From contig NBVN01000002.1 in the NCBI GenBank assembly GCA_003056265.1, positions 420,001-452,000 on the forward strand: DNA of 32,000 nucleotides, written 5' to 3'. The position numbers were made by a program, and so were the translations under genes. Every line of letters starts with the position of its first letter. Positions within the stretch are counted from its first letter, which is position 1. Below, piece by piece: positions 16,599 to 26,552 of the stretch. Under the pieces are notes generated by a model, which worked only from the letters and a program-made list of their open reading frames with translations, made no database searches and was not told where the DNA came from. This stretch comes from Zestosphaera tikiterensis. Lineage in GTDB: Archaea; Thermoproteota; Thermoprotei_A; Sulfolobales; NBVN01.

Positions 16599-17572
16599 GC
16601 TTACTTCAAGTTAAGGATCTAACTGCTTCATATGTGATAGGTAGGCATAAAGTTAGAGTGCTTGATGAAGTAACCTTCGATTTAAAACCTTCAGAGAAGA
16701 TGGCTGTAGTTGGTGAGAGTGGTTCAGGTAAGTCCTCACTAGCTTTAATCTTAGCTAGGTTAAACAACAAAGCATTAATTGTGGAGAGGGGTGAAGTACT
16801 TTACAAAGGTCTTAACCTACTAAATCTAAAGGAGTCCGAGTTAACTAAGTTTAGAGGGGTTGACATAGCAGTTATTCTGCAAAATCCTTCAACAGCGTTA
16901 AACCCGCTTTACCCAATCGGCGATCAAATCTCTGAGGCTTTGAGAGCTCATGGTTACAGTAGAAACGAGGCTTTTAGAGAAGCGCTTAAGCTTTTAGAGC
17001 GTGTGGGTTTATCAGAACCTGCTAAAGCATACAGAAAATATCCGCACCAACTTAGTGGGGGTCAGAAACAGAGAGTAGCTATTGCCATAGCTATAGCGTT
17101 GAAGCCTAAACTCCTTATAGCCGATGAACCAACTTCAGCGTTGGATGTATCCACACAAGCGCAGATAATAGCTCTCCTTAAGAAACTCGTTGAGGAAGAC
17201 GGAACATCGATGATATTCATAACTCACGACATAGGTGTTGCTTACGACATCTCGGATAAAATCCTAGTGATGTTTAATGGAAACGTCGTCGAAGTTGGAT
17301 TAACTAAAGAGGTGGTGAAAAAGCCTCTACACCCTTACACCAAGCACCTGATCTCATCAGCGATTTTAAACCCCGCTGAAAATCGCTTGCTAGAGGTTAC
17401 TCCTGAAAATACACGAAGTAACAACGGTCTAAAGAATAAATTGGTCGTAGGGTGTCCCTATGTATTTCGATGTCCTTATAAAGTTGAAGGTTTATGCAAC
17501 GTTAGCAAGCCTGGAAATTTCTTGATAGACGGTAGGATAGTTTCCTGCCACTTATATGGAGGTCGGAAGTAG
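16595..17572 (+). CDS. ABC transporter ATP-binding protein (DppD/OppD-like)
   Basis: Walker A GESGSGKS, signature LSGGQKQRV, Walker B LLIADEPTSALD. C-terminal oligopeptide-type extension with HPYT and Cys-rich tail. ATGA overlap with the permease stop. Confidence 0.9.
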   Translation: MSLLQVKDLTASYVIGRHKVRVLDEVTFDLKPSEKMAVVGESGSGKSSLALILARLNNKALIVERGEVLYKGLNLLNLKESELTKFRGVDIAVILQNPSTALNPLYPIGDQISEALRAHGYSRNEAFREALKLLERVGLSEPAKAYRKYPHQLSGGQKQRVAIAIAIALKPKLLIADEPTSALDVSTQAQIIALLKKLVEEDGTSMIFITHDIGVAYDISDKILVMFNGNVVEVGLTKEVVKKPLHPYTKHLISSAILNPAENRLLEVTPENTRSNNGLKNKLVVGCPYVFRCPYKVEGLCNVSKPGNFLIDGRIVSCHLYGGRK

Positions 17573-17582
17573 GTGATTTGTT

Positions 17583-18551
17583 ATGAGTAATAACGTACGG
17601 AGTGCCTTAGTTAAGGCTTTTAACTTAAGTAAATACTACAGAGTTAGTTTAAGTATGTTTAAGAAAACCCTTTTGAAAGCTGTTGATAATGTAAATCTAA
17701 CGATAAATGAAGATGAGGTGCTTGGTCTTTTAGGCGAGAGCGGTTCAGGCAAAACAACCCTTGGGAAGATGTTAGTAGCTCTTGAGGAACCTACCTCAGG
17801 TAAGATCCTCTTCAATAATGAAGACCTTAAAGAATATGTTAGGAAGAGACGAATCGATATTCAGATGGTGTTTCAAAACCCCGACACCTCCCTTAACCCT
17901 AGAATGAGGGTTGGGGAGGTACTTCAGGAAGCTTTAGAGGCCAGCAACTTTAATGGAGACTATAGCGATGAAGTGGAAAGGCTTCTTAACGATGTTGGAT
18001 TAGATAGCACGTATAAACACTACTACCCACATCAACTTAGTGGTGGTCAGAAACAGAGAGTAGCTATCGCTAGGGCCTTAGCAGTAAAGCCTAAGTTTTT
18101 AGTAGCTGACGAGATAGTGTCGGCGCTTGACGCATCTGTAAAGATGCAAATCCTTAAGCTCGTTATAAAACTTCAGAAAATCTATCGGTTTTCAATGCTC
18201 TTCATAAGCCATGACTTACCGACAACTGTATACGTTAGCGATAGAATCTCTGTTATGTATTCCGGGAAGATAGTTGAGGAAGCAACTAAAGAAGAGCTTA
18301 TTAAGGATCCACTACATCCATATACCCGTCATCTTATAGCGTCGATACCGTCTCTTTACTCATCGTTATTTAACGGCAAAGCTCAGAAATTGAAGGACGT
18401 ATCTAACGAACTGCAGGCTACCACTCCCGTAGGCGGTTGTAAGCTTTTCTCTAGATGCCCGTATGCTACTGAAATATGTAAAGCTTTAGAACCTCCTGAA
18501 GTATCTGTTAGTAAAACACATAAGGTGTTTTGTCATATGTATGTGAGGTGA
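17583..18551 (+). CDS. ABC transporter ATP-binding protein (DppF/OppF-like)
   Basis: Walker A GESGSGKT, signature LSGGQKQRV, Walker B FLVADEIVSALD, C-terminal HPYT motif and Cys-rich tail. Confidence 0.9.
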   Translation: MSNNVRSALVKAFNLSKYYRVSLSMFKKTLLKAVDNVNLTINEDEVLGLLGESGSGKTTLGKMLVALEEPTSGKILFNNEDLKEYVRKRRIDIQMVFQNPDTSLNPRMRVGEVLQEALEASNFNGDYSDEVERLLNDVGLDSTYKHYYPHQLSGGQKQRVAIARALAVKPKFLVADEIVSALDASVKMQILKLVIKLQKIYRFSMLFISHDLPTTVYVSDRISVMYSGKIVEEATKEELIKDPLHPYTRHLIASIPSLYSSLFNGKAQKLKDVSNELQATTPVGGCKLFSRCPYATEICKALEPPEVSVSKTHKVFCHMYVR

Positions 18552-18557
18552 GAAGAT

Positions 18558-19847
18558 ATGTCTACAACGCAAAAACATTCTAAAACTACAGTCTTAGATA
18601 ACGTAAGAATATTCGATTCAAAACGTAAAGGAATTGTGGAAAACGGGGTGATTGTAGTTGAACGTAATCGTATAAAAGACTTAGGTGTGAGAGGCTACGT
18701 GGAAATACCGTACGGCGATAACGTTGAAATAATAGATTGTAAAGGTATGGTAGCTTTACCGGGTTTAATAGACGCTCACCTACACATTACAGGGTTTAGA
18801 AGTGGCGATACAGTTAAAGAACCTTTAATTACGCCGTTAGGCGTGTTCTTCGCTCGAGGGGTTAAGGACTTAGAGGCTTTAATTAACTCCGGCTTTACGA
18901 CAGTGGTTGATGCTGGAGGAGTTATAGCTTTACATCTTAAGATGGCTGTCGACGAAGGTACTGTAGTAGGTCCTAGGATCGTTGCTGCCGGCTATCCATT
19001 ATCGCAGACCTTCGGCCATGGAGACGTGCATTACTTACCCATAGAGTATGTCGACGTTAGAACAACTAAGCTCTTAAAGCCTTTAACTAGTCTTATATGC
19101 GATGGCGTTGACGAATGTAGGAAGGCAGCTCGTTATACTTTAAGAGAAGGTGCTGACTTCATTAAAGTTATGGCTACAGGTGGGGTTTTGTCAGAGAGGG
19201 ATAGACCGGAGCATAGGCAATTCACACTTGAAGAATTGAAAGCCATTGTAGATGAGGCTAGAGCTGTTGGGAAATTCGTTCATGCTCACGCACAGGGTAA
19301 AGAAGGTATTATAAACGCCATCAAAGCAGGGGTTAAAGTTATAGCTCACGCTATCTATATAGATGAAGAGGTGTCTGAACTAGCCATCGATAACGACGTA
19401 GTCATAGTTCCAACATTATCTATAGTTCATAAGCTTATGGAAATAGGTCGTGAAGTAGGTATACCTGAATGGGGCCTTAGGAAAAGTGAGGAGGTTTACG
19501 ATGCGCACATAGCTAACGTAAGGAAAGCCAAGAAGTTAGGAGTTAAAATAGCTACGGGAACGGACTTTATAGGAGGTCCTTTCAGACACGGTGAAAATGC
19601 TTTAGAGCTAAAGCTATTCGTAGAGAAATTGGGAATGGATCCAACCGAAGCCTTAATCTCAGCTACTAAAGTAGCTGCTGAAGCTACGGGGTTAAAGGAC
19701 GTAGGGGAGTTAAGCCCAGGAAAGACCGCAGATATCATATTAATCAACGGCAATCCACTTATGGACATAAACGTAATGCTTAATCCAAACAACATAGCTT
19801 TAGTTATGAAAAACGGTGGTATAGTGAAACATTTGATTAAGTCTTAA
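18558..19847 (+). CDS. Metal-dependent amidohydrolase (COG1228-like; putative dipeptidase/prolidase-related)
   Basis: LPGLIDAHLHI (HxH metal site), VHAHAQG, and GTD near the C-terminus. It starts 7 nt after the last transporter gene, so it probably belongs to the same operon. Confidence 0.8.
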   Translation: MSTTQKHSKTTVLDNVRIFDSKRKGIVENGVIVVERNRIKDLGVRGYVEIPYGDNVEIIDCKGMVALPGLIDAHLHITGFRSGDTVKEPLITPLGVFFARGVKDLEALINSGFTTVVDAGGVIALHLKMAVDEGTVVGPRIVAAGYPLSQTFGHGDVHYLPIEYVDVRTTKLLKPLTSLICDGVDECRKAARYTLREGADFIKVMATGGVLSERDRPEHRQFTLEELKAIVDEARAVGKFVHAHAQGKEGIINAIKAGVKVIAHAIYIDEEVSELAIDNDVVIVPTLSIVHKLMEIGREVGIPEWGLRKSEEVYDAHIANVRKAKKLGVKIATGTDFIGGPFRHGENALELKLFVEKLGMDPTEALISATKVAAEATGLKDVGELSPGKTADIILINGNPLMDINVMLNPNNIALVMKNGGIVKHLIKS

Positions 19848-19848
19848 A

Positions 19849-20973
19849 CTACTTTATTTTAAATCCCTTTAAGGTCTTCACCCAAGATGTCGTGATTTTC
19901 TCGGCAAATGCCTTAGAGAGTTTCACAGCGTTTATAACGTCTAGAAGATCCACAACCTCAACCGGTGAGTGGATGTATCTCGACGGTATGGATATTACAC
20001 CTGCTGGAACGCCTTCTTTATTAAGCGCTATCTCTGAAGCGTCTGTAGTTCCTCCAGCGAGTACCTCCATTTGATAGGGAATACCTGATTCCTCAGCCAC
20101 CTTAACAAGCATGTTAACCACTTCCGGATTTGCTATAAGGCCTGATGCGTACCTACCATCAGCTATCTTTATAGCTGGACCCTTACCTAATTGAGTACAC
20201 CACTCATGCTCTGAAACTCCCGGTACGTCACTAGCTATAGTTACGTCTAAGGCTATAGCCACGTCTGGAGAGATAGAGAAGGCCGACGTCTTAGCTCCTT
20301 TCAACCCTACCTCCTCTTGAACTGTGGCTATAGCGTAAACATCCACTTCTTTAGGTTCTATAAGCTCAAAAGCCTTCAACATAACGGTCAACCCTACCCT
20401 ATCATCTAAAGCCTTACCTGAAACCCTATCCCTGCTTAACATCACTAAATCCCTATCAAAAACAACTACGTCCCCTACCCTAACGCCGAGTTTCATCACT
20501 TCATCTCTTGATGAAGCACCCACGTCAACAAATAACTCCTTTAACTCAGGCACCTGCCTAGCTTCCTCAGGCTTAGCTATGTGAGGGGGTTTTAAACCAA
20601 CAACACCTCTTACGTACCTCCCATCTCTAGTCTTCACCAACACTCTCTGATATATTAACGACCTTTCAGTAACTCCACCTATAGGTAAAACCCTTAAATA
20701 CCCCTTCTCATCTATATGCGATACAAACAATCCTATCTCATCCATATGAGCAGCAAACATCATCTTACCATCGCTAGAGCTTGCTTTCTTAACAGCGATG
20801 ACGTTCCCCAACGTGTCAATCCAGACGCTATCAGCCACATTCTTAAGGAAGTCTACAACTATACCTCTAACCTCTCCTTCATATCCTGAAGGACCTACAG
20901 GTTCTGAGAGTTTCTTAAGGAGGGTGAAGACCTCATCCTTAGTTAATCTCTCCTCCCTACTCATTTTAATCAC
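19849..20973 (-). CDS. M42-family (FrvX/TET) aminopeptidase
   Basis: FAAHMDEIG, ALDDRVG, VQEEVGLKGA and GGTTDAS motifs of M42 peptidases. Confidence 0.85.
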   Translation of the reverse strand: MIKMSREERLTKDEVFTLLKKLSEPVGPSGYEGEVRGIVVDFLKNVADSVWIDTLGNVIAVKKASSSDGKMMFAAHMDEIGLFVSHIDEKGYLRVLPIGGVTERSLIYQRVLVKTRDGRYVRGVVGLKPPHIAKPEEARQVPELKELFVDVGASSRDEVMKLGVRVGDVVVFDRDLVMLSRDRVSGKALDDRVGLTVMLKAFELIEPKEVDVYAIATVQEEVGLKGAKTSAFSISPDVAIALDVTIASDVPGVSEHEWCTQLGKGPAIKIADGRYASGLIANPEVVNMLVKVAEESGIPYQMEVLAGGTTDASEIALNKEGVPAGVISIPSRYIHSPVEVVDLLDVINAVKLSKAFAEKITTSWVKTLKGFKIK

Positions 20974-21020
20974 TTCAATTTCTTATAGTGGGTAAAGAAA
21001 TAAATTCTAACTTACTTACT

Positions 21021-21605
21021 CTAATACGTCTTAGGTTTAGACTCAACAATTTTAGCCCAAGGGCCTTTAACAGAAGACACGACGAGAAGAGCTAAAGTAA
21101 ATACAACGCCCGGTGCTACACTAGAAACGTAAATCAACACCGGGTTAAAGTACTTACTGACTATGTCAATAAGCCCCGAGTATAAGAAACTTACGAGAAC
21201 TAAAGGCAATACATAAATTAACAACGTGAAAACAACGCCGGTGAGTAACGCCGCTGTAGAAGGTTTAACATCCGCTTTCAAGCGTATGAAGTTCTGCAGA
21301 AGTCCGAAGAGAGCCCCCAACAACACATACTGAATTACGTAAGCTATAGGGGCTATCCAGGAAATTACAGGCAACAGCTCATCAACTCTCGATAATGAGA
21401 TGTTATATGCTTCTTCATAAGTCTTCGGCGGTAAGTTTAACATGTCTAGTTGGTATTTAAGTACGTCACGTAGTAAAGCATGTAGGTCTTTAGTGATCAT
21501 ATTTAAGACGACTATACTTGCAACGCCTAATACCAGACCTGTTATAAGCCCTGCTATAACACCATATAAAGCGTACCGACTGTACTCTGATGTTATCCTA
21601 CTCAC
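21021..21605 (-). CDS. Hypothetical polytopic membrane protein
   Basis: 194 aa with about 4-5 hydrophobic helices and no recognisable family. Divergent from the CPBP-like gene. Confidence 0.55.
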   Translation of the reverse strand: MSRITSEYSRYALYGVIAGLITGLVLGVASIVVLNMITKDLHALLRDVLKYQLDMLNLPPKTYEEAYNISLSRVDELLPVISWIAPIAYVIQYVLLGALFGLLQNFIRLKADVKPSTAALLTGVVFTLLIYVLPLVLVSFLYSGLIDIVSKYFNPVLIYVSSVAPGVVFTLALLVVSSVKGPWAKIVESKPKTY

Positions 21606-21685
21606 CTACTATTAAAACTAGTTTAAAACTTTTTAAAGATACAGGTAAGGTTATCTGGAGTAAGTCTTCAATCGGTGTTGACGCG

Positions 21686-22321
21686 ATGACGAATTTGCTC
21701 GTGCCTATATTAGTGGCTTTAACTCCTGGGTGCTTAACTCTTTTAAAGTTTTTAAGGTGGGCTAGGTCTTTATGGATTGCCCCCCTAATTGGTGGTGGGG
21801 GCTGGCTGCTAGCGTTGTTATTAAGAATACCTATCCTAATGCTAAACAATACGTTCGTTAAGGATGTCGTTTTAAACGCGTTTATAGCTTCTTTAATGGC
21901 TGGTATTTTTGAAGAACTTACTAGGTATTTCGTAATTAAACTTCCATTCATTAAAATGTTTAAACATGACGGGGCGGTAGCTGTTGGGCTTGGCTGGGGC
22001 CTTACGGAAGCTGTGCTCATATACGTGGTTAACGTAGCGGTTTTAGCACCCGTTTTTAATTATACGTGGGTGGATTTACTACCGGGGGCTTTCGAAAGAA
22101 ATACAGCAATTCTAATGCATGTGACTTTATCCCTCATAGTTTTCCACGCTATCAACGCAGGATTTAAATGGTTACTTACAGCTGTTTTAACTCATACGGC
22201 ATTTAACGTTGTTGGGGTTCTTACGTTGTTTTACATAGCTAACGTATGGATTGCAGAACTTGTTCTGTTTTGCGTGGGTGTCGCAGTGTTTCTCTACGTT
22301 TTTAAGTTTTTAAAGAAGTGA
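21686..22321 (+). CDS. CPBP/YhfC-like intramembrane metalloprotease family protein
   Basis: Motifs in transmembrane context: FEELTRYF (EExxxR), LMHVTLS, HTAFNVV (HxxxN). The track's start at 21590 overlaps the divergent gene. ATG 21686 (MTNLLVPILV) has GGTG 9 nt upstream and is preferred. Confidence 0.6.
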   Translation: MTNLLVPILVALTPGCLTLLKFLRWARSLWIAPLIGGGGWLLALLLRIPILMLNNTFVKDVVLNAFIASLMAGIFEELTRYFVIKLPFIKMFKHDGAVAVGLGWGLTEAVLIYVVNVAVLAPVFNYTWVDLLPGAFERNTAILMHVTLSLIVFHAINAGFKWLLTAVLTHTAFNVVGVLTLFYIANVWIAELVLFCVGVAVFLYVFKFLKK

Positions 22322-22401
22322 CTTAAGCGTTCTTAATGATGTTGTTAGTTAGAAACATTAATTAACTTCTTAATCTTAATATCATATGTGTGGTGAATAT
22401 A

Positions 22402-22738
22402 TTGAGTGAGGAAGAGATCTTAATCACTACTTTAGAATATATCCCCGGGTATAAAATTAAGAAAGTCCTCGGGATAGTTAGCGGTAGTACTGTTAGAGCA
22501 AGAAAATGTAGGGCGGGACATCTTAGCAGCATTAAGAAACTTAGCTGGAGGAGAGATAGTTGAGTATACGGAACTTTTAGCTATGTCAAGAGATGAAGCA
22601 ATAAAAAGAATGATTAACAAGGCGAAAAGCCTCGGCGCCAATGCCGTGTTAGGGGTTAGATTAGCTTCATCGAATGTAATGAGCGGAGCGGCGGAAATCG
22701 TAGCTTACGGAACGGCAGTAATCCTTGAGAAGGAGTAA
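22402..22738 (+). pseudogene. UPF0145/YbjQ-family protein gene interrupted by a 1-nt frameshift
   Basis: Frame A (TTG 22402) reads SEEEILITTLEYIPGYKIKKVLGIVSGSTVRAR and then runs into TGA at 22561. Dropping one A of AAAA (22503-22506) continues it as NVGRDILAALRNLAGGEIVEYTELLAMSRDEAIKRMINKAKSLGANAVLGVRLASSNVMSGAAEIVAYGTAVILEKE, ending at TAA 22736-22738. The join is a full-length YbjQ-like sequence. Both halves are under 60 aa, so neither appears in the ORF track. Confidence 0.75.
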
Positions 22739-23017
22739 ATCTCGCATCATTGAAATTAAGTCCTTAACTTCCCGTAACTTTATATCTGATTGTAGGTTAC
22801 TGCGATCCTTCAAAACTACAACGTCGAGCTTAGAGTTTGTTGGAAATCCTCGTCATTTTAACTTTAAGTTAAACATGTTATATTGAATTCATAGTCTATA
22901 TGACCTTCTGAAAAGATAATTAAGTTGTTTTCAGCTAATTTAAAAGCCCTTCTAAGTCTAAATGACATCGCAAGACTTAAAAACACTCCCGGATAAATTA
23001 AAGTAATGAACGTTTAG

Positions 23018-24241
23018 GTGAGGCGATGTGTTCCAAACACCGCATTAGTTTGCGATTTATGCGGTAGGAAATACTCATTACTTGATAGAAGAGCTTTCTG
23101 CGTGTGTGGAGGACTTCTACATATCGAATTACCTTTAAATAAGGCTGAAGAACTTCCAGTTAATAAAGACTCCCGTAGTTTATGGAGGTATAGAGCGTTA
23201 ATACCCCTCCCTCAAGATGTTGAGGTGGTTTCGTTAGGTGAGGGTTTAACACCTTTAATAAGGTTGGGAAGGTCTATCTACAATTATAAAGTTAAGAAAG
23301 CCTTCATAAAGTTTGAGGGTTCTAACCCAACTGGATCGTTTAAAGATAGAGGTATGACTGTAGTTGTAAGCCTAGCTAAGTATTTAGGCTTTAAAGCATT
23401 AATATCGGCATCAACCGGTAATACTGCTTCCAGCATGAGTGCTTACGCAAGAAGAGCTGGTTTGTTACCGATTGTTTTAGTCCCTAGAGGTAGTGTGGCA
23501 GGCGGTAAAGTCTCCCAATTAAAGCTTTACGGTGCTAAAGTAGTTGAAATCGACGGCAGTTTCGATGAGGCTATGTCTTTAGTAACTAAGATGGCTAAAG
23601 ACGTTAATGGAGACTTTTATGTAGTTAACTCGGTTAATCCTTGGCGTATAGAAGGTCAGAAAACGGTAGCGTATGAGATCTATGAAGAGGTTGGCGTACC
23701 AGACTGGATAGTTGTTCCTGTAGGTAACGGTGGGAACATATACTCGATATGGAAGGGTTTTAAAGAACTCCTTAAGCTAGGGTTGATTTCTAAAGCACCT
23801 AAAGTTCTAGCAGTTCAAGCTAGCGGCGCTTCACCAATAGCTAAGGCGTTTAAATCGGGTGAATATAAGCCTGTTAGCCAACCTAAAACCTTAGCTTCAG
23901 CGATAAGGATAGGGAATCCCGTTCATTGGTATAGGGCTCTAAACGTGTTAAATGAAAGTGGGGGTTATGCTGTAACAGTTAACGATGAAGAGATTTTAAA
24001 AGCTCATATAGAGCTGGCTAGAAACGAAGGCATAGGTGTAGAAACCTCTTCAGCAACTACCTTAGCTGGTTTAAAGCTAGCTGTGAATGAAGGTATTATT
24101 CATGAAGATGAGAAGGTAGTGTTGATAGCAACAGGTCATGCGTTAAAAGAACCTGAAGTTCTTAACAACTACGGCTTCGAAGCTATAGCAGTAAAGAACG
24201 CCTTAGAAGCGTTAGAAGTTTTGAAGAACTCTATGAGGTGA
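23018..24241 (+). CDS. thrC: Threonine synthase
   Basis: N-terminal Cys-rich zinc-ribbon-like LVCDLCGRKY...FCVCGG, PLP-lysine motif NPTGSFKDRG, VPVGNGGN. Confidence 0.9.
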   Translation: MRRCVPNTALVCDLCGRKYSLLDRRAFCVCGGLLHIELPLNKAEELPVNKDSRSLWRYRALIPLPQDVEVVSLGEGLTPLIRLGRSIYNYKVKKAFIKFEGSNPTGSFKDRGMTVVVSLAKYLGFKALISASTGNTASSMSAYARRAGLLPIVLVPRGSVAGGKVSQLKLYGAKVVEIDGSFDEAMSLVTKMAKDVNGDFYVVNSVNPWRIEGQKTVAYEIYEEVGVPDWIVVPVGNGGNIYSIWKGFKELLKLGLISKAPKVLAVQASGASPIAKAFKSGEYKPVSQPKTLASAIRIGNPVHWYRALNVLNESGGYAVTVNDEEILKAHIELARNEGIGVETSSATTLAGLKLAVNEGIIHEDEKVVLIATGHALKEPEVLNNYGFEAIAVKNALEALEVLKNSMR

Positions 24242-24325
24242 AGTTGATGAGCCAAACATCAATGCCTTAATGAAGAAGATTATATACGTAGAGAAAAGCA
24301 ATCAACTCACCGCAGGTGGTCGTTC

Positions 24326-25456
24326 ATGAGCAAATTCTTAGTTGTGAAGGTAGGAGGTTCTATACTTAGGGACTCTAGGTCGTATTTAGATGTAGCATCT
24401 AAGATAGCTAACTATCCAATAACGCCAAATAAAGCACTTATAGTGGTTGTTTCAGCAGCTAAAGGAGTTACCGACAACTTAATCAATGCCTGCGAAGGTG
24501 ATAAAGCAAGCCTTGAAAAAGTCGTTAACTTCTATTTGGAAGTAGCTAGGGACGTAGGCGGTTATAATCTAGAGATAGCCATTCAGAAATACCTGAAAGA
24601 GTTGGAAGGTCTGGTGAGGTCGACTACAGCATGCGAAGGTTTGTTTAAAGACGTTGTGTTGTCTTATGGTGAAAGAGTAAGTAAAGCGTTATTGTTAAAC
24701 GCTCTTAAAAACGAAGGAATTAAAGTGTCTGACCTTAACGCCATAGATTTAATTGTGGCAAGAGGGAAGTCTGATTCGGTGGTTATCGACTATAAAGCTA
24801 CGAAAACTAGGTTAACCCCAACACTTGCGAAGGTGTTAAGAAGTAGTAAGGTAGCTTTAATAGAGGGTTTTATAGCTTCCAACTCGGAAGGCTTTACAGT
24901 AACTTTAGGACGTGGTGGTTCTGATTATACAGCCTCAAGTATTGCCTCCCTTGTTAACGCTGAAGAAGTTCATTTAATTACCGATGTGCCCGGTGTATTC
25001 ACAGCGGATCCTACATACGTGGATAACGTCAAGGTAGTTAGAAACTTAAGTTTAGCTGAAGCTCTTGAAGCGTCTAGACATAACGTAAAGAGGCTTCATA
25101 TCAAGACCTTCGAACCTATGCGCCTCTTTAACTACCCGCGCGTGTTGAAGATAAGGTCTTTCGACTCGTTAGGTACTACGATTTCCCGTGTAAGTAATGG
25201 CAACTGCAGCGAGGGGGTTGTTAAGACCATTGCCGTTAAAACAATCGGTAAAAACTCGGAAATCGTTCTAATAGGTGAAGGGATAAGGAAAAACATAGCT
25301 GTGATAAGAAAGACTTTAGAAACGCTTGAAAAATCCGTTAACCTGATAGAGAACCTACGCCTTTCAAGCTCGAAAGCTTCACTCATTCTTGAAATCCCAG
25401 CAATTAACCACGTGAAGGAAGTTGTGCGTGAGATTCACGACGCAGTTATTGGGTGA
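24326..25456 (+). CDS. Aspartate kinase (short form, reduced regulatory region)
   Basis: VVKVGGSIL, VVVVSAAKGVTDNL, SYGERVS, TLGRGGSDYTAS and TDVPGVFTADP are aspartokinase signatures. Only 376 aa. Confidence 0.8.
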   Translation: MSKFLVVKVGGSILRDSRSYLDVASKIANYPITPNKALIVVVSAAKGVTDNLINACEGDKASLEKVVNFYLEVARDVGGYNLEIAIQKYLKELEGLVRSTTACEGLFKDVVLSYGERVSKALLLNALKNEGIKVSDLNAIDLIVARGKSDSVVIDYKATKTRLTPTLAKVLRSSKVALIEGFIASNSEGFTVTLGRGGSDYTASSIASLVNAEEVHLITDVPGVFTADPTYVDNVKVVRNLSLAEALEASRHNVKRLHIKTFEPMRLFNYPRVLKIRSFDSLGTTISRVSNGNCSEGVVKTIAVKTIGKNSEIVLIGEGIRKNIAVIRKTLETLEKSVNLIENLRLSSSKASLILEIPAINHVKEVVREIHDAVIG

Positions 25457-25460
25457 GATT

Positions 25461-26552
25461 ATGGATAAGTTAAAAGTAGGTGTTTTAGGAGCCACGGGTC
25501 TTGTAGGGCAGAGGTTCGTTAGCCTGCTTTATAAACATCCATGGTTTGAGTTAAGCTTCTTAACAGCTTCTGAAAAGAAAAGCGGTGTTAAATATGGTGA
25601 AGCCGTTAATTGGTTAATTACATCGGAATTACCTGACGATGTCTCAGAAGTTAAACTAATTAAAAACGACTTAGAAGATATAAGAGCTTATAAGCCAGAC
25701 ATAGTTTTTAGTGCTTTACCTCCTGAGGTTGCTGTGTCTATAGAGCCGTTGTTATTGATTAATGGTATTCATGTAGTGTCTAACGCAAGTAATATGAGGT
25801 TGGAGCATGACATACCTCTATTAAACCCTGAAGTCAATGCTGACCACATAGGTTTAGTGCAACTTCAAAGGACGCGGGGATGGAGAGGTTACTTACTTAA
25901 AGTTCCTAACTGCTCAACAGCTATCCTTACGTTAAGTTTAAAGCCTATTATGGACATCCTTAAAATAAGGAATGTTTTCGTAACTACCTTACAGGCGGTT
26001 TCAGGGGCTGGACTTACTGGAGTTCCTTCTATGTCAATAATCGATAACGTAATACCATACATTCAAAACGAGGAGGAGAAAATAGAAAATGAAACCCTTA
26101 AGATCTTAGGTTCCTACACGAACGGTGTGATGGTAAAGCCTAAAATTAACGTTTCAGCAAGCTGTACTAGAGTGCCAGTAATCGAAGGTCATACGGAAAT
26201 AGTCTTCGTAGAATTTGAGGGAGATGTTGACTTAGACGTAGGTGATGTGAGGAAGTCGTTGAGGGAGTTTAAATCCAATAAGGTTAAAGGTTTAGGCCTA
26301 CCTACAGCACCTGAAGAACCTGTAGTTGTAGTTGAAGCTTTAGATAGACCTCAACCAAGGCTTGATAGGTTAGTTAATAATGGTATGGCCGTAGTTGTTG
26401 GGAGGGTAAGGGTTGTCAAGCCTTTAAACTTGCTTAAGTATGTGGTGGTAGGTAATAATCTCGTTAGGGGGGCGGCTGGAACAGGCGTTTTAATTGCTGA
26501 ACTCTTAACGCATTACTTACGTAGGGTTGGTGATTTTAATGTTAGGAGTTAA
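25461..26552 (+). CDS. asd: Aspartate-semialdehyde dehydrogenase
   Basis: [14 protein letters not shown] (NADP site), PNCSTAIL (active-site Cys), AVSGAG. ATG 25461 follows the aspartokinase stop (25454-25456) with GGTGA upstream. The track's longer ORF starts at 25422. Confidence 0.9.
   Translation: MDKLKVGVLGATGLVGQRFVSLLYKHPWFELSFLTASEKKSGVKYGEAVNWLITSELPDDVSEVKLIKNDLEDIRAYKPDIVFSALPPEVAVSIEPLLLINGIHVVSNASNMRLEHDIPLLNPEVNADHIGLVQLQRTRGWRGYLLKVPNCSTAILTLSLKPIMDILKIRNVFVTTLQAVSGAGLTGVPSMSIIDNVIPYIQNEEEKIENETLKILGSYTNGVMVKPKINVSASCTRVPVIEGHTEIVFVEFEGDVDLDVGDVRKSLREFKSNKVKGLGLPTAPEEPVVVVEALDRPQPRLDRLVNNGMAVVVGRVRVVKPLNLLKYVVVGNNLVRGAAGTGVLIAELLTHYLRRVGDFNVRS

Noticed and set aside
21598-22020. 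140-aa minus-strand ORF
   Set aside because: It is antisense within the CPBP-like membrane protein gene, making it a shadow ORF with no motifs.
22432-22641. 69-aa minus-strand ORF from the track
   Set aside because: It lies antisense to the clearly recognisable, though frameshifted, YbjQ-family coding sequence. It is a low-complexity translation.
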